A stretch of 64,000 nt of DNA from Trichinella spiralis (Eukaryota): NCBI RefSeq assembly GCF_000181795.1, contig NW_003526944.1, positions 186,001-250,000 on the forward strand, given 5' to 3'. Each line of letters begins with the position of its first letter. Position 1 is the stretch's first letter. A model generated the notes under the pieces. The model was not told the origin of the DNA. It worked only from the letters and a program-made list of their open reading frames with translations, and made no database searches. A program made the position numbers and the translations under genes. Below, in pieces: positions 26,021-40,015 of the stretch.

Positions 26021-28835
26021 ATGGCATCTCAAATAAACGAACGATATGCCGCAACACAGATGGTATTAAGTTTATTTTCATATTTAAATTTATTAATCAC
26101 ACACACTTGTCTTAGTGGAATGACGCTCTCAGAGCTTTTCGTTCTACAATGCCACTTCGAGAACACAAAAGGAAGTTAAAATCTTATCCAAATACATTTA
26201 CCGGTTGCGAAGCTGTAAATTGGCTACATGGTTATTTATGTGCGCGTTCGAATCTCCAGCGCCCTGTGACGAGGTTTACTGCTTTTACTTTACTGCTTAA
26301 TTGCTTTAATGTTTATAAATGTAATTTACATTATTTGGAGTTGCTGTTAAATTGCTATTCTTGATTGAAATTCCAGAATAATATAAATAGTTTTAGAGAT
26401 CAAATGAACCTAAATGTTTGTTTTTTATCTTAGAGATCAAGCGTTTTCTCTATTACAAAAGTTTGCTGGTTGCAATGTATTTGTTGATGCAAAAACAGAA
26501 AAGCAAATTTTTGAGGAAGAGTTGAAAGATGATGAGACATTATATAGGTGAGTTAATGTTTTATCTGTTTATATTTACGGTATAATACCAACATGATTTT
26601 ATTATTATGCAAATCGTCACCGGAAAAAATAATGAATTTTAGTTTTGTATTATGGATGGAAATATATTAATATAACTGAAATTTTGATTTCAGTTTTACA
26701 GACATACCAGTCTCTTCATTGACACAAACACCACTGGCTTTAAAAAATATGCCTAAAAGTTGTCCTACAACTAATATATCAGATTTATTAAAGCGTTACG
26801 AATTGGCTGTCCCTGTGACTACAGATTCTTACAGGCCTTTGACATACAATGAAGCTTCAAGTAAGTATATTTAATCAACTTAAGATTTTTAGTTTTATTA
26901 TTATACTGCTTTGAGTTCATTATTTGATTTTTAGCTCAGCACATGTCATCTATTTCTTCAAAAAATGCAGTTGGCGAAATTTGGAAAACAACTTGCTTGG
27001 AAAGGTACAAAGTGATTCCTTGAACTTTTGAATTTTAAAAAAAAATATTGAAGAAATATGTAAAACTTGACTGAAAATCTTTTAAGTTTGATGAAACTGT
27101 TGAAAGTGGACTCACTGAATATGTTGGACGTCAGCAATATTTCATCACAGAATATTGCATTTAATGTAAGTCACCTTAACGATTATGGTATGGCAACGGT
27201 GCAGAACAGATCAGGTAAGCATTCCGATTTTAATAATCGATAAAATCTTAAATGTTTTTTTAGATGACTTACCGAAATGGATATTACAAGCCATGAAGTG
27301 TTTGGCACACTGTAAAACATTATAAAAGCTCATATATTTATTTTTTGCTTATTGATTGTTTTTTTTTCGAATATCTAGGGCCTTGGCAAAATGACCTGCT
27401 CGATACTTCATGTTATGTTGGTTTTGAACGTGACGTATTGCGAACTATTGTCGACTTTTTCAACTCACCTCAATGTGGTTGTTTGATTCCACAGAATTTT
27501 GAATCTCTCTTATTAGATATATTAGGTAATGATGATTTATTAGTGTTGATGGTACATGTGCATCATTAACTTTATTAAGAAAGAGCTGAAACAATTGAGA
27601 AAGATAATCGTCAGAAAGAGCACCAAAATATCGAACTCGCATGCAGTAGAACGATGTTGGATATTTTTAATACTTGCATGACCACTGGTTCAATTCCAGA
27701 CGCAATTCAGGTTGATCCGACATCGTCTATGTTAAGCATGGGCGAATTTCAACCGAGTTGTTTATCACCAGTTACGATAAATAAGGAAGGTAGTTCGTGC
27801 AAATGGATGCAAGCGTCGTCAAAGTTGAATCCAATGGCTGCTGGCTCTCGTGCTAGCATTTCTTGTGCTATGTCCCGTACAAATTATTTCGAATTTATTG
27901 AACCAACAATATCATGGCGTCCTCGTATGCGTTCCAGCATTGCTGAATATCCTTCAGGCCGTCTTGGTCAAGCAGGTTTGTCGTCTAGGAATTTGAGAGA
28001 TCTTTGCACATTGGTCACTTTCAAGACAACCGAAGCACGTATCTTTGCCGTTGAAGCGGTTCAAATCGTTTTATTATTATTACAACCACGTCAAAGACGA
28101 TGGTTGCAGATTCTTTTGAGATTCATGGCTAGAGTATCGGTAAATCATTGTTTACATTTGGATAAACTGAAGAGTGTCTCAAATCGCGTGTTGGTGAGTA
28201 GATCATTTTATTTGTTCTTTATTTTAGACTATGTTTGATTTCATATTTTATTGAGATTGTGGATGCACTTGCTAACTGCTTTTCATCCAAGGAATCACGA
28301 ACAGAAGGCAAAAATGTGCATCGATTGTTAGATTTTTTGTTAAATTTTCAATTTGACATTTTCAAAGTACCCAAACGATTAGAAGAAGATGTGAAAGCGA
28401 AAATCTGCTTAGAGGGGGAGTGTTCGGTGAGTTGTTTTTCTGTCAATTTATTTTTATTCATTTTCAATTTATTTGATTTTTTGATATTAATTAAGGCATT
28501 GTATAATGAAAATAATCCACCCCTGTATTGTGATCGAATTTCCGTTGAACAGTTCAATCGCCAGTCATTTGATTCATCCAAAGATGCATTGATGCAGTTG
28601 CTTGATACGATTATCAACGACCCTTCGTCGACCGATCGAGAAAAAAACAAAAACTTAAAAAGGGTATTATCTGCTGATCAGACTAAAATTTGCTTTCTTG
28701 ATGTATTTTATGTTTTAGTTTCAAAAAACGTATCCAATTTTATTTCAAGAGCGCTTTCCTGATCAAGTCGATACATTGTCAACAAAAAGAGAAGGATGGT
28801 TGAATAAGTTAAAGGAGAAACTAAAGATAAAATGA
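26021..28835 (+). CDS. DEPDC1: DEP domain-containing protein 1 / LET-99-like (DEP plus RhoGAP-like), multi-exon
   Basis: N-terminal RYAATQMWNDALRAFRSTMPLREHKRKLKSYPNTFTGCEAVNWL; DDLPKWILQAMKCLAHWP; YVGFERDVLRTIVDFF; LLLLQPRQRRWLQILLRFM; C-terminal FQKTYPILFQERFP. Confidence 0.9.
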
Positions 28836-29869
28836 ATTTCGATTACATCCTATATATCAGTATTCAATTCTAAACAAAAATCTTACATAATTCGTATACC
28901 TATTCATATTTATGTTCTTTTCGGAACGTTATTCTTATGATTTTTATTTATGTAGCGATTTTATGAATTTTATTATTTACAAACAGTGATTCTTTACCGT
29001 CATTCATTCCTCTTACAATTAAGAGAGTTCATCTATTAAATTTGAAATTCGAAAGTGCTTTTGACAAGTGCATTTACGTGATAATTTGTTTAATAAAACT
29101 TTGATGATACAATTATGCCTCGAAACATTATGTTTAAACTTGAAATTCAAAGTTACACTTTTAAAACAAGTTAACAATGGCAACTTTGACAAACGTTACT
29201 TCTGTAATCTGAAGGTGCCATTTCCAATTCACTGAAAAACTTTCGACTAACAACGCATTGTATGATTTAAGTTGATAGATAATCACGACATAAACGCAAA
29301 AGACTATGTCAAGTTCCCATTTGAGAATTCGACTACATATCAGTAAACAGTCAGCATGTGTCAGTATTTACGGTAGGAGTACGGTATAATTTGGGCTACA
29401 AACGGAGTAGTTGTCCCTGATAGATTTGATGATTCTGCTTGTTCTAATTTATCCAGGTATTGTTTAACATTTGAAAATATATTTAAATTATTTAAAATTT
29501 AGTTTTCAAATATTTTAAACTGTGATGCAAATATATAGCAGATCAATATGAACAATCATCAGTGTACCAGAGATGTAGGTATTGTCTAAGGACCAAAATA
29601 CAGCATATATATATATATGTTAATTTATTTATATATTTATATGCGTAAATACATAGATTTTGATAATTCTGTAATAAAAAAGTTATTTAATAGTAATTTT
29701 GAATACATAACATAAGTGTTGTAATTTAGAAATATTAATGCTTGATTATCTCTTATAGTATAGCGTGCATGCGCTTATAGTCTGACATAACAAAAGTTGA
29801 CATTCTCTGACTGTTTGCTGTCTTACTTGAAAATCTCTAAGCTGTTGCAGCATAATTTGAAACTTTACA

Positions 29870-30325
29870 ATGAGCAAAGCACATCCACCAGAATTGAAGA
29901 AATATATGGATAAAAAGATGCAATTGCGACTGAATGGCGACAGAAAAATCTCTGGCGTTCTTCGAGGCTTCGATCCATTTATGAACATGGTAAAAACCTT
30001 TAATAATTTATGATTTGTTTTATAAACAAAATTATTTTGCTTTAAATATGGATGTGTGTGTACATATTGATTTGTATAATTTTAATTATGAATACAAATC
30101 TGTCTAGTTTTATAATTTCATTACTGTAAAGCTTTGTTCAAGTTTTATCAAATGTTGAGCATCACATTTCAAATTTAACATCGATTTCTTAATGAGCATT
30201 GAATTCAATTTTAGGTTATTGATGAAGCTGTTGAACATTTGAAGACTGGAGAGCAGATTATGATCGGCATGGTTGTGGTTCGCGGAAATTCTGTCACGTT
30301 AATGCAGATATTGGAACGTGTGTGA
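29870..30325 (+). CDS. SNRPG: Small nuclear ribonucleoprotein G (SmG, snr-7 orthologue), exons 29870-29989 and 30215-30325
   Basis: Spliced product [76 protein letters not shown]. Absent from the ORF track because both exons are short. Confidence 0.97.
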
Positions 30326-31012
30326 TAATTTATCGAACTGAAAAATAAATTTGAATTTTGTTTCGATGTATTTATTGATTTTAGTTCGGTTTTTCTTTTT
30401 CTGCAACACTTAATAGAATGAATGCAATCTTCATTTGTAAACAGAATTAAAAGACTTTGTTCCAACTTAGGTCAAATCTGTTCACTACATGTGAGCTTAA
30501 GAATTAGATTTTTTATTGATTTCAAGGTGAATGAGAAGGTGAGTTACGATTTGCTTATGAAAATGCAATTATAAAATTTTCAAATTAAACATTTTGACTA
30601 ATGCAGCAGTAAAGCTTTAACAAATGAACAAGTTTACAAAGCAAGTTCAAGGCTGCATCTATCAGTCGTGACTGCATAAGAATATTATTTTGAACAAATG
30701 AAAAAAAGATTATAAAATTTCTAATAAAAATTCTGGCAAAAATTTGTCCCAACTTGGTCTATCTCAATAAAAAGGTTAGGTATGTTAGTGTGAAAAACGT
30801 AAAGTACGAAATATGACTTGTGCAAACAAATTCAGCGGTTAATGTACAGTTTATTAATAATATTAACTTAACAGATGAGATATATTTTAGCATAATGAAA
30901 TTTTGAATAAGAAAACGGGTTATAAATAACAATTTACCAAAATTGAACTTGATTTGCTTTTGCAAAAGATTATACAGTATTCAATTTAATTTTTTGTAAT
31001 GACAGATAGTTA

Positions 31013-33439
31013 ATGGATTTTGATGTATGGAACTATGAATCATTAAAAACTAGACTTAGGAAAAGAAGAATTTCTGGGGAAGTTATTTGCACACTGACGG
31101 AAACTTCACCTCTTAAAATGAATAAAAATGTGCGCAAAGCATCTCAGCAGAGGTTAAGTATAGCCGTTTAAATTAAAATTCATATTATAATTCTGTTCAT
31201 TTTTTATTACTCTATTGTTTTACAAAATTCAAAATTTTCATGTAATTATTCACTCAAAATTTGTTTAGCTTGACCAAATTTTTCAAACGAGAAAATGGTG
31301 ATCAATCAAAAAAATATTCGTTTAATGAAAAGCAGTCTGTTAAAGAAGCTGGCACGTTCTCGTCAGTATCCAGTGTCCGTTCACTAGCTAAAGAAAAGCC
31401 AAAAAAACTGTCACGTACTCGTAGGCATTCTTCAAGCAGCGGTCAGACCACGATTACTGAATTTTTCAAATTTCCTGATGGAAAAGGAAAAGTAGTTGAA
31501 AAAGTTAAAGTAGCTAATAATCAGAAACAAGCATCTTCGACTTCAGCGTCGTCAGCAAATGTTGAGCATAAATTTAGAAGGTGTCCCAAGTATAAATTTG
31601 TGCCAGGTTTGTTTTCTTCATTTTCATTTCAATTATTTCACAAGATATTGGGCACTGCTCTTAAAGTAGCAATGTCATTTACTGTAATTATAAATTGAAA
31701 CGAATTATATAGTCTTATTCAGAATATGTTTATTATTTTTAGGAACCTCATTTGTGGTTGACGCTTTCAAATTTGGAAAGATTCCAGACATCGAGTTATA
31801 CTTTTTGTCGCATTTTCATTACGATCATTACGTTGGTTTGACTCGCCATTTTGATGCTCCAATATGCTGCAGCCAAGTGGGCAACTAATTTCTTCATCTG
31901 CGCGATATAATAATTTCTTTTCTAAACAGATCACAGCAAGCTTGGTGCATCTGAAATTGAAAGTTCCGAAAAGCTTCTTACGTGTGCTCAGTGTCAATGA
32001 ATGGATCGATCTTGGAGATGATAATTCAGTTATACTGATTGACGCAAATCAGTAAATATTCACCTCTGAATTTACATTACAGTTTAAAAAATATTTTTTT
32101 TACTTTTAGTTGTCCTGGGGCGGTGATGTTTTTATTTCATCTTAAAAATGATCATTACGTATTACATACGGGTGATTTTCGGGCCGAACGAGTGGTTTTG
32201 GATAATCCCATTTGGTCGTCTATACGAGTAGACTATTTGTATTTGGATACAACATATTTCAATCCGGCTTATATATTTCCATGCCAAATGGTCGCAATTA
32301 CGAAAATGATTTCAATTGTTAAACAAATTCAGCAACAGCACAACAAATTGCTCATTTTGGTAGGTACTTATGAAGTTGGTAAAGAGCGTATATTTACAGG
32401 TAATTATGAATGAAAAATTGTGTTTGCTTTTCTTAAAATAATTATAACATATTAGCTCTTGCGGAAGCTTTGGATTGTAAAGTGGCTGTGGAAAAGAATA
32501 AAATGCAAACATTGAAATGTTTTGATGATAAAAAGCTTTCAGATTCCCTGACTTTGCTCAAATCATCTACATTTTTGCACGTAGTATCTATGGGTGTCTT
32601 GAACAGACAAGTGAGAACATTTTCTGTTGTATTATTTTTTGAATGGTTATTATTTTTTTTTAGAAATTGACCGCCTATCTTGCCTCATATCCCACCTACG
32701 AACATTTAGTTGCTATTAAACCAACAGGCTGGGAATTTTCCGGCCGAACAGAGGACAATTTGATTGATGTACAGAAAATGAACAAAATCACAATCTTAGG
32801 TAAGCGATTCATATTCCGTATATACGTATTACAGTATGACTAGTTTGAATAAAAGCAGAAATTTTTACTAGCACACAGAATAAAGTATTTCATTATTATA
32901 ACAATTTCAATTATTCAATCATCATTGTGCAAACAACCTTTTCCAACAATGGGTTATTTTTTTCATTAATAAACTTTATTCTTTGATCAGGTATGTTGGG
33001 TGCGGTCCGGAGAGTTTACGGAATTTTTCCGGAAAAGCAAGTGCAAGTTTGATGAAGTTGGAATTGTTTTTTCTTGCATAGTTTGAAATCTAGTAAATTT
33101 ACGTAGCCATGAGGGAGGAAGTATTTTGAGAAATTTGAAGTGAAAACAGGTTAACTTGTATATTTGATGATCGAGAATATAATGTTTGCACGATGGGTTT
33201 TACTTTTTGCATTTTTATTGGAACATCTGAGGTTTGAAATTTTGTTTTTTGCAATTGTACATTCTGAATGGGATTTTTCATTTTTTGCAGGAGTACCGTA
33301 TTCAGAGCACTCCAGCTTTGCTGAATTGAAGCAATTTGTTTTGAAACTTCGACCCAAGCAAGTGGTGCCAACAGTCAACGTTTCGGCTAGAGCCGAAATC
33401 AACCGAGTCATCGGCCAGTGGTTAAACGAATCATCATAG
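31013..33439 (+). CDS. DCLRE1A: DNA cross-link repair 1A (SNM1A/PSO2) MBL/beta-CASP nuclease, multi-exon
   Basis: N-terminal [42 protein letters not shown] (HxHxDH); [51 protein letters not shown]. Confidence 0.93.
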
Positions 33440-34782
33440 TTTTAAATTTTGAATATATTTTGTAAAAATTTTATCTGTTCATTTTCTAAGCAATGGTTGA
33501 AAAAAGTAAATTGCAAAAAAAATGGAATTATTAGTGAATGAACGATTGAATGGAATATATATATATATATATATATATAATGTTATAAAATAATGATTGA
33601 AGAGAATGGAAAATTGGTACTTTTCGAAAGTGGTGGTGAATTTTGCTAATTTTGCCATAATGATGACCGCTTTGTCGAATCAGAGCAAGTCCATTTTTGT
33701 AAACAGTTTGTAAACAAATTTGCATCGTCAAACTGGGGCAGTCGGTTTGTGAATAAGTGAAAAAGCTGTTGTACAATATGTCCCATATTGAACACCACTT
33801 TCCCATGGACGAAGAGTATGCGCATATTGTCATCAAGTGTTAAGTTTGCAGTTTCAAGCTCAAGCTGAGACTTTTTTTTAATGACAGGCCAGTTATTTTT
33901 TATAAGACGAAAAAAGCTTTTGCCCATTTTGCTTCGACAATTGGATGGAAATTATCATCTCGTCCTATTTCATCAGTTATTGGTGTTTTGTTTTTATTTA
34001 AATTTATTTCATGTGAATTGAATTGTCAGTGTTGGGTGTTGTTCATTTTTGTATTGTTCATTTTGTCGTTTAATGCGTAGGTGATGAAATTCCATCTGGT
34101 GACGGATGCATCATAGGTCGACTTTTTTCAGCATGCTATTAACAATGAATCATCTATCTTTTCATTGAAATTAAAACAAAACAAATCAATAAAGGTATTA
34201 TTAATATTTTTTCTTTGTTGGTTGGTTATTCGACGAGTTCATGGCCTTCAGTTACAGAATGGTTTCGCTTGAGGCTGATAGTGGTGGGCGACCAGTTCTT
34301 TGGAAATTATCTTCCAACCGGTCTTAGAAGCAAGGCCTTGTGGAACTGGGTACGCAGGGGCGGAATTCTTGGCTGGTCAACAATTGGAACAGGCGAAAAG
34401 CATCTTCAACACAGTCGACCGTCATGACTCACCTTTCGGCTTACTGTAGTTTATTTGTGTCTATAATTATATGACGCACGCGCGCGAGCGTTGTTTCCAT
34501 TTCGCACGTTAGTCAGTCGAATCGCGCGCTGCAACTGCTCAACTCCAACCGAAAACTACTCGCTCATTCGATTTTTCCTTCTTCTGTTTAGCCGAAAAAT
34601 AAGTAAACAAACAAGCAAACAAACAAACAAACAAATAAACAACCAACCAACCAACCAAGGAGACGTTTTTGTGTTCCAATTCTTCACTATACTTTTGTTT
34701 GTTCACAATACCGGTTGAAGAAGCACACGGTTTGCATATATCCATGCACAGTTTTGTTTTGATTTGAATAAACTCTTTACAG

Positions 34783-36607
34783 ATGCCTTGTGAAACAAAC
34801 AATGCCGACGAGAGTGGGAAAATCAACGGTGATATTGGTGAACAAACCCCAACCACGCCGGTACGCTTAAGACGCAACGGAAACAACTCTACCGCCGATA
34901 GTCACGAGGTAATTCGTCGAGGTTTGGCCACTTTGGCAGAAACTGATTTGGAAGAAAATATGACCGGTAAGCAAATTTATCCATATTCAACTAATACACT
35001 GTTTTTTTAAATCATTTTTTGACATAAAATTTACACGATTGATTTTTTTTCAATGTCTCATTCAAACTAATGAACATTTTTTTATCGTTATTTCTGATGA
35101 TCAGGTTCAGCAGTTTTTTCTTCTTGAAGAAAATCTTCATTAAAAGAATATTATTTCAATACTTCTACATTTCTATTGCAAGCGAGCTTGACTGGGCTTG
35201 ACAGCAACTTTCATGAAATGAGTTTTTTTTTCATTTTCATCCTTGCAAAAATAATTCTATCAATAGCATGCAATTTTATGCTAATCATCACCAGTAGCGT
35301 CAATGATTTTTCTACATTTATTTTTCTGATAATTCGAAATAGGAAACAAAAAAAACAGTATTATAAATAAATTTGTCGACCAAAAATTCGAAATATCATA
35401 ATGTTGATTTATTCATTTATTTATTGTGACGTTGTCTTGGAACAAATAGAAAACAAATAGATACAAGGAAATTGTTTGTTCTTGGTCAGACAAGTCGGCA
35501 AAGCTGATGTCAACTGGCAATGAATTGCTTGTCGCTTTGAGAAAAATGAAAAATATGCAACTAGCATTTGTTGTGATTCGAAACATTTTTCAGTATTGAT
35601 TTTATTTTTATTTCCATCTAATTTTTTCATTCTACTCATTAGAAAGAAATTCCATTTGAATACAACAAAACAATTGAATTTTGCTTGGCAGTAATATTTC
35701 AGTTTTTGAACTGACATTTTGCTTTTTTTTGCTGGGTGTGATATTTTTATTACGGAACGTGTCATAGGAAATTGTTTATTGCATAAAAACTTCTTAGCAC
35801 AACTTTTGCAGGTTGGTAATAAATAGAAATTATTGTTAAAACTAGTTGCCGGAGACTGGCTCCAAAAGAGCACTTTGCTTTAATCTTACTTTGTAAAGCG
35901 TCAAGTTAGCTTTACTCGACCAAAAGAAGCAGCTGTTTACAACATTATACATGTTTGAAGAGTGTAAATTATTGTTGAATTATATTTTAACAAATGAATA
36001 AAGTTATTTTTACTTATTTGCATAACTTTTTTTCCTTTTGTGCATTCAATTGGATTGTATTACTGTAAAACTAAATGGTGGTCAACGTTTTTTCTTTCTT
36101 GAACAAACATCGACAGATTATTTGTGTAAATTTGAAATCAGATCGAAATTTGTATCCATTTATAAAATTGATTTGAATTTCATTTTCAAATTTGCAAAGT
36201 AAATGATTATTATCACATTATTATTATTCTGCATTATTGTTGTGGAAGAAATATTTTTATAGAGATAAAGAAACTAGATTCACAAATTGACCATTTGAAT
36301 GACTATATGGCCAAAGTGGAACGTCGAAATTCAGAACTGACGGGCCGATTGCAATCATTTTTACAGTCGCAAAAAGAAGAACGCGACAAACGACGTGCAT
36401 CATTTTATCAGGTGAAATACTAATTTTAATAATTTTTTCCAGCTCTATTTACATATTTATGTTTAATTTTAGAGACAACAAGAATCTGAAGCAGCACAGA
36501 TCGAATTCAACAATCAAGTTCGTGCAATGTTGATGCGATGCCAACAGGCGCGTGGCGGACCACCGATTGACACATCCGGCTACGGTAACGGTGCATTTTT
36601 TTCCTGA
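34783..36607 (+). CDS. bbln-1: Bublin coiled-coil protein (bbln-1/C9orf16, UPF0184), exons about 34783-34966, 36263-36411, 36473-36607
   Basis: Spliced product includes EIKKLDSQIDHLNDYMAKVERRNSELTGRLQSFLQSQKEERDKRRASFYQ, resembling the bublin coiled coil. GT-AG introns with compatible phases; TTTACAG directly before the ATG. Confidence 0.8.
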
Positions 36608-37407
36608 CTCATTTTTTGGTTGGTGACTTCAAAAGCGAAAATGACGACAGTTGTTACAGTGACGTGGCTGGCCAACAGCTGCCTTTTTTCATGGAAAAAT
36701 GAATACATATTTCATTTTTTAGTATTTGTCTTTTTTTTTCTATTCTTCCAAAATTCAACGCAGCCTCGCTATTTTTGTTCCTGATTGCATTTATCCCATA
36801 TCACAGCTACGGTTGTCCATGCATGTTGACTGCCACGTTGCGTTATTTATTTCTCTTTTTCTTTTTTACAGTAGAATATGTGAAAAGTTTTTCTTTTATT
36901 CCTTCTGTTCCTGTTTATATTTGGAATATTGGTAAAATTGGTTGAATAGTTTTTGTTTTTTTTCTACATGTACATTTTAATCTTTTGTTACTGTACAAAT
37001 GGGTGTCTGAAAAGAACAACTTGAGGCATTGGACTCTTCAAATTATGGTAACCGTTGTTGCAGTTGGCCGATTTTGTGAACAATTACGTGACAATAGAAA
37101 AGTACAATTGTAAAAGTTTTCGTCTGCATTTTTCTCTTCAATAATCTTTATACTTTATGAAAATAGTACTTACTTTGAACAAGTGAATGATAAATTTCGC
37201 ATGTGCAAAGAATTTCATTCGTGTAAAAAATCAAGCGCAGTTCAATTCGAGCATCGTAAACAACAATTAAAAATTTATTTATATTCAAACATTGAATCAA
37301 TAACGTTAACAATTTGTAAAAATGAACAAACAAATGCGGCAGCATTTTTTGATAATCAATATCCTGAAACAGCTACAGTAAGTGAAAAATTATGTTTGAA
37401 AATAGTA

Positions 37408-38460
37408 CTATTGATTATTTGATGATGTGCGAGCATACTCTTTCTCGTCACTTTTGGGCCAAATAGTAGAGGGAATATTCCATAAACCAACAGCGATGGC
37501 TCGCTTGAAATGGTAATAAAGTTCCCGTGCACTCATATTATTCTGCACCTCTTGAGACAACAGTTTGCGATCTTTGGCTTCAAAATATTCTCTCAAAGAC
37601 GGAGGCATCGCATTCAAAACCTCTTCAACGGTGAGATTTTCTTCAATTTCGACGTCGTCATCAATTTCTTCGTATTCCTTCGCACTTTGTCTAACATGTT
37701 CGATGTACTCTTCAACATCTTTCATGAATAATTGCCTCCTGTCCGGTGATTCCATCAACGATGCAAAAAAGTGGCGAATGAGACCTGGGTTACTTGCATC
37801 CGTGTTGAACGCGCTTGCAATGCCATGCAAGTTACACAGCAGAATATGCTGATGAGCGATGTGTTCCATCATTTTATGATTGCCGTTCATTTCTTCCATA
37901 AGCACTCGAATCGTAATCTGTTCTAAACTTGCATCACAGCAAAGTTTAGGAAATTTCAGCAACAATTTCAAAGAATCTTCAAGCTTGTGCAGCATGCAGA
38001 AATGCTCCAATGCTTCCACTTCTTCATTGATAACATCATTTGCATCGCACTTTGGCATGTCCGAATTGTCCGCTTTGCTTATCGAACTTCTTTCGAACCC
38101 TGGTTTTGAAATGGTATCCACATTCCATTTGGCTTTTTTCTCCTGCTCTTCGATCTCCTCCATGCACTGATCTAGCTCTTCCAACTCTTTATTCAAATCT
38201 TCCATTTTCTTCTCACTTTCTGCCCTTTCTACATCGGACAATTGTTCGTTGGCAAGTTTGTCTTTTAATTTCTGCATTTCTTCCAAAACTGTCTTTCGAT
38301 TCTGTTCAACCTCTTCCCGGTACTCTTTCTCCTGTTCCATACGTTCCAAACGCACACGGTGACGCATCTCAAAAAATGCGTTTTTTTCAAAATAAGGTGA
38401 CAGACCATCTTCGTCGTCCGACAGTTCAATATCTTTCCATTTGGAGTAATCGATTGGCAT
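37408..38460 (-). CDS. CDC37: Hsp90 co-chaperone Cdc37-like protein, divergent and intronless
   Basis: MPIDYSKWKDIELSDDED N-terminus, RLERMEQ, WNVDTISKPGFERSSI, MEHIAHQ, EVLNAMPPSL, YHFKRAIAVGLW. Confidence 0.88.
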   Translation of the reverse strand: MPIDYSKWKDIELSDDEDGLSPYFEKNAFFEMRHRVRLERMEQEKEYREEVEQNRKTVLEEMQKLKDKLANEQLSDVERAESEKKMEDLNKELEELDQCMEEIEEQEKKAKWNVDTISKPGFERSSISKADNSDMPKCDANDVINEEVEALEHFCMLHKLEDSLKLLLKFPKLCCDASLEQITIRVLMEEMNGNHKMMEHIAHQHILLCNLHGIASAFNTDASNPGLIRHFFASLMESPDRRQLFMKDVEEYIEHVRQSAKEYEEIDDDVEIEENLTVEEVLNAMPPSLREYFEAKDRKLLSQEVQNNMSARELYYHFKRAIAVGLWNIPSTIWPKSDEKEYARTSSNNQ

Positions 38461-40015
38461 TGTTGATCAGCGTAGGAAAAACCAACCGTCTGCGGCGAGA
38501 AATCTGGACAAAACTAAATTTTCACTCACTTAAAAACTGTAACGTCAATGAAAATTTTAAAATAAAAAGTTTAATATTTTAAACAAAGCTAACTTTAAAA
38601 TCACTAGAAATTTAAACTAAAACCAGCATCTACTTTAATCAAACCTTCATTTTTTTAATATTACAGTAACAAGTTATTTTGTTCAGGTGTGTTGAAAATT
38701 CTTTTCTGGAAATTTATAAAAAACACAAAATAAATACTTTAACTTAATTAATAATATGCATACTTAATGCTCAACATGAAAAACGTCGTTTTCAATTGCG
38801 AAAAAATTGTTAAAGTTCTAACATTATCATTGAATAATTTTATTAAAATTAAAATATTTAGCAATTGAGCACAAAGTACAACTTTGATATTTTGTTGAAT
38901 TTCGTCATAATCTCAAGTAACTGACTATTATAGTTGGTAATTTAATTGATATTTTGATTTTAGAGTTCATACTGTAGATAGAATAATTTGCAGTAATCTG
39001 TAATTGTGATAAATGCCTATTTTTGCGCTAGTTTTTTTGTTACGTTAAAATTTAAAATTTATATCAACCACATTACTGAAAGTTGCTATTACAGAAGAAG
39101 TATCACGACTAACATTACTGTACATGAAAATATAATGTAAGATGATAGAAATAACTTGATAATAGTCAAATTGCCACATTTTGTATTATTCAATCAAAAA
39201 ATTTGACAGTTTTATTTCCAATTTGGAATTAAGGTTTTTTTCAATTTTCAAATGTGGATGAAGCTGCTGTAAAACGTTTTAATCCGCCTTTGTTTTTCCA
39301 GAAGTGTAATTTTTGTTCGTTCTATTCGTTCTTCTCTGTACATTTATGTATCCCTTGCGAAATATTTTGAAAATTCATTTTTTTATCGTTTCTTGAAGAT
39401 TATTTTTCAGCAATTGTGTTCGATTTGAATAAGTGATTGAACAACTACCTGAAAGTCATAACTAAACTGACAACAATCAAAAGATAAGCCAGTTAAGCTG
39501 TTGTTCGTTCTTGCTCTCTGCGTGTGTTTCTTTAAAGTAAGAGTTTTCTTTCTTCTTTTGTTCTTTATTCAGATTCTTTATTGATTCAGATCTTATTCAG
39601 ATTCACAACTAACGTCAACGTCAGGCGACATGCGAGTGCACATTATTGAAATGTCAGCTTTTACTCTGTTATAACAAGCAAAAACAGTTCCATCAAAAAC
39701 TATAAATGAATAAAACCAGCATAGTGAAGTAGCAGACCTGAAGAATTTGCGATTCAGATTCGAACGGAGGGCGCAGATGGGAAGATATATTGTCAAAGTC
39801 GGTTGTTATGAACAATAATGGTAAGTGGTTGTTTTAGAGCAAAAAATGCACGCATTCAAACCGTACACTTGAGCGAGAGATTATTATATCATTTTGCACA
39901 CAGCGCAATAAAAAATAAACTTGATAATAATGTGCAGAGAAAACAGAAAATGAAAAACAGGATTAAGCCAAAAGTGAAAACCGTGTGTGCTCGTGGAAGC
40001 AAGAACTTGGCGTTT

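Noticed and set aside
29360..29420. SL or sn RNA (AATTTGG Sm-like site followed by a weak hairpin)
   Set aside because: Sm site is imperfect and no recognisable leader or snRNA sequence is present.
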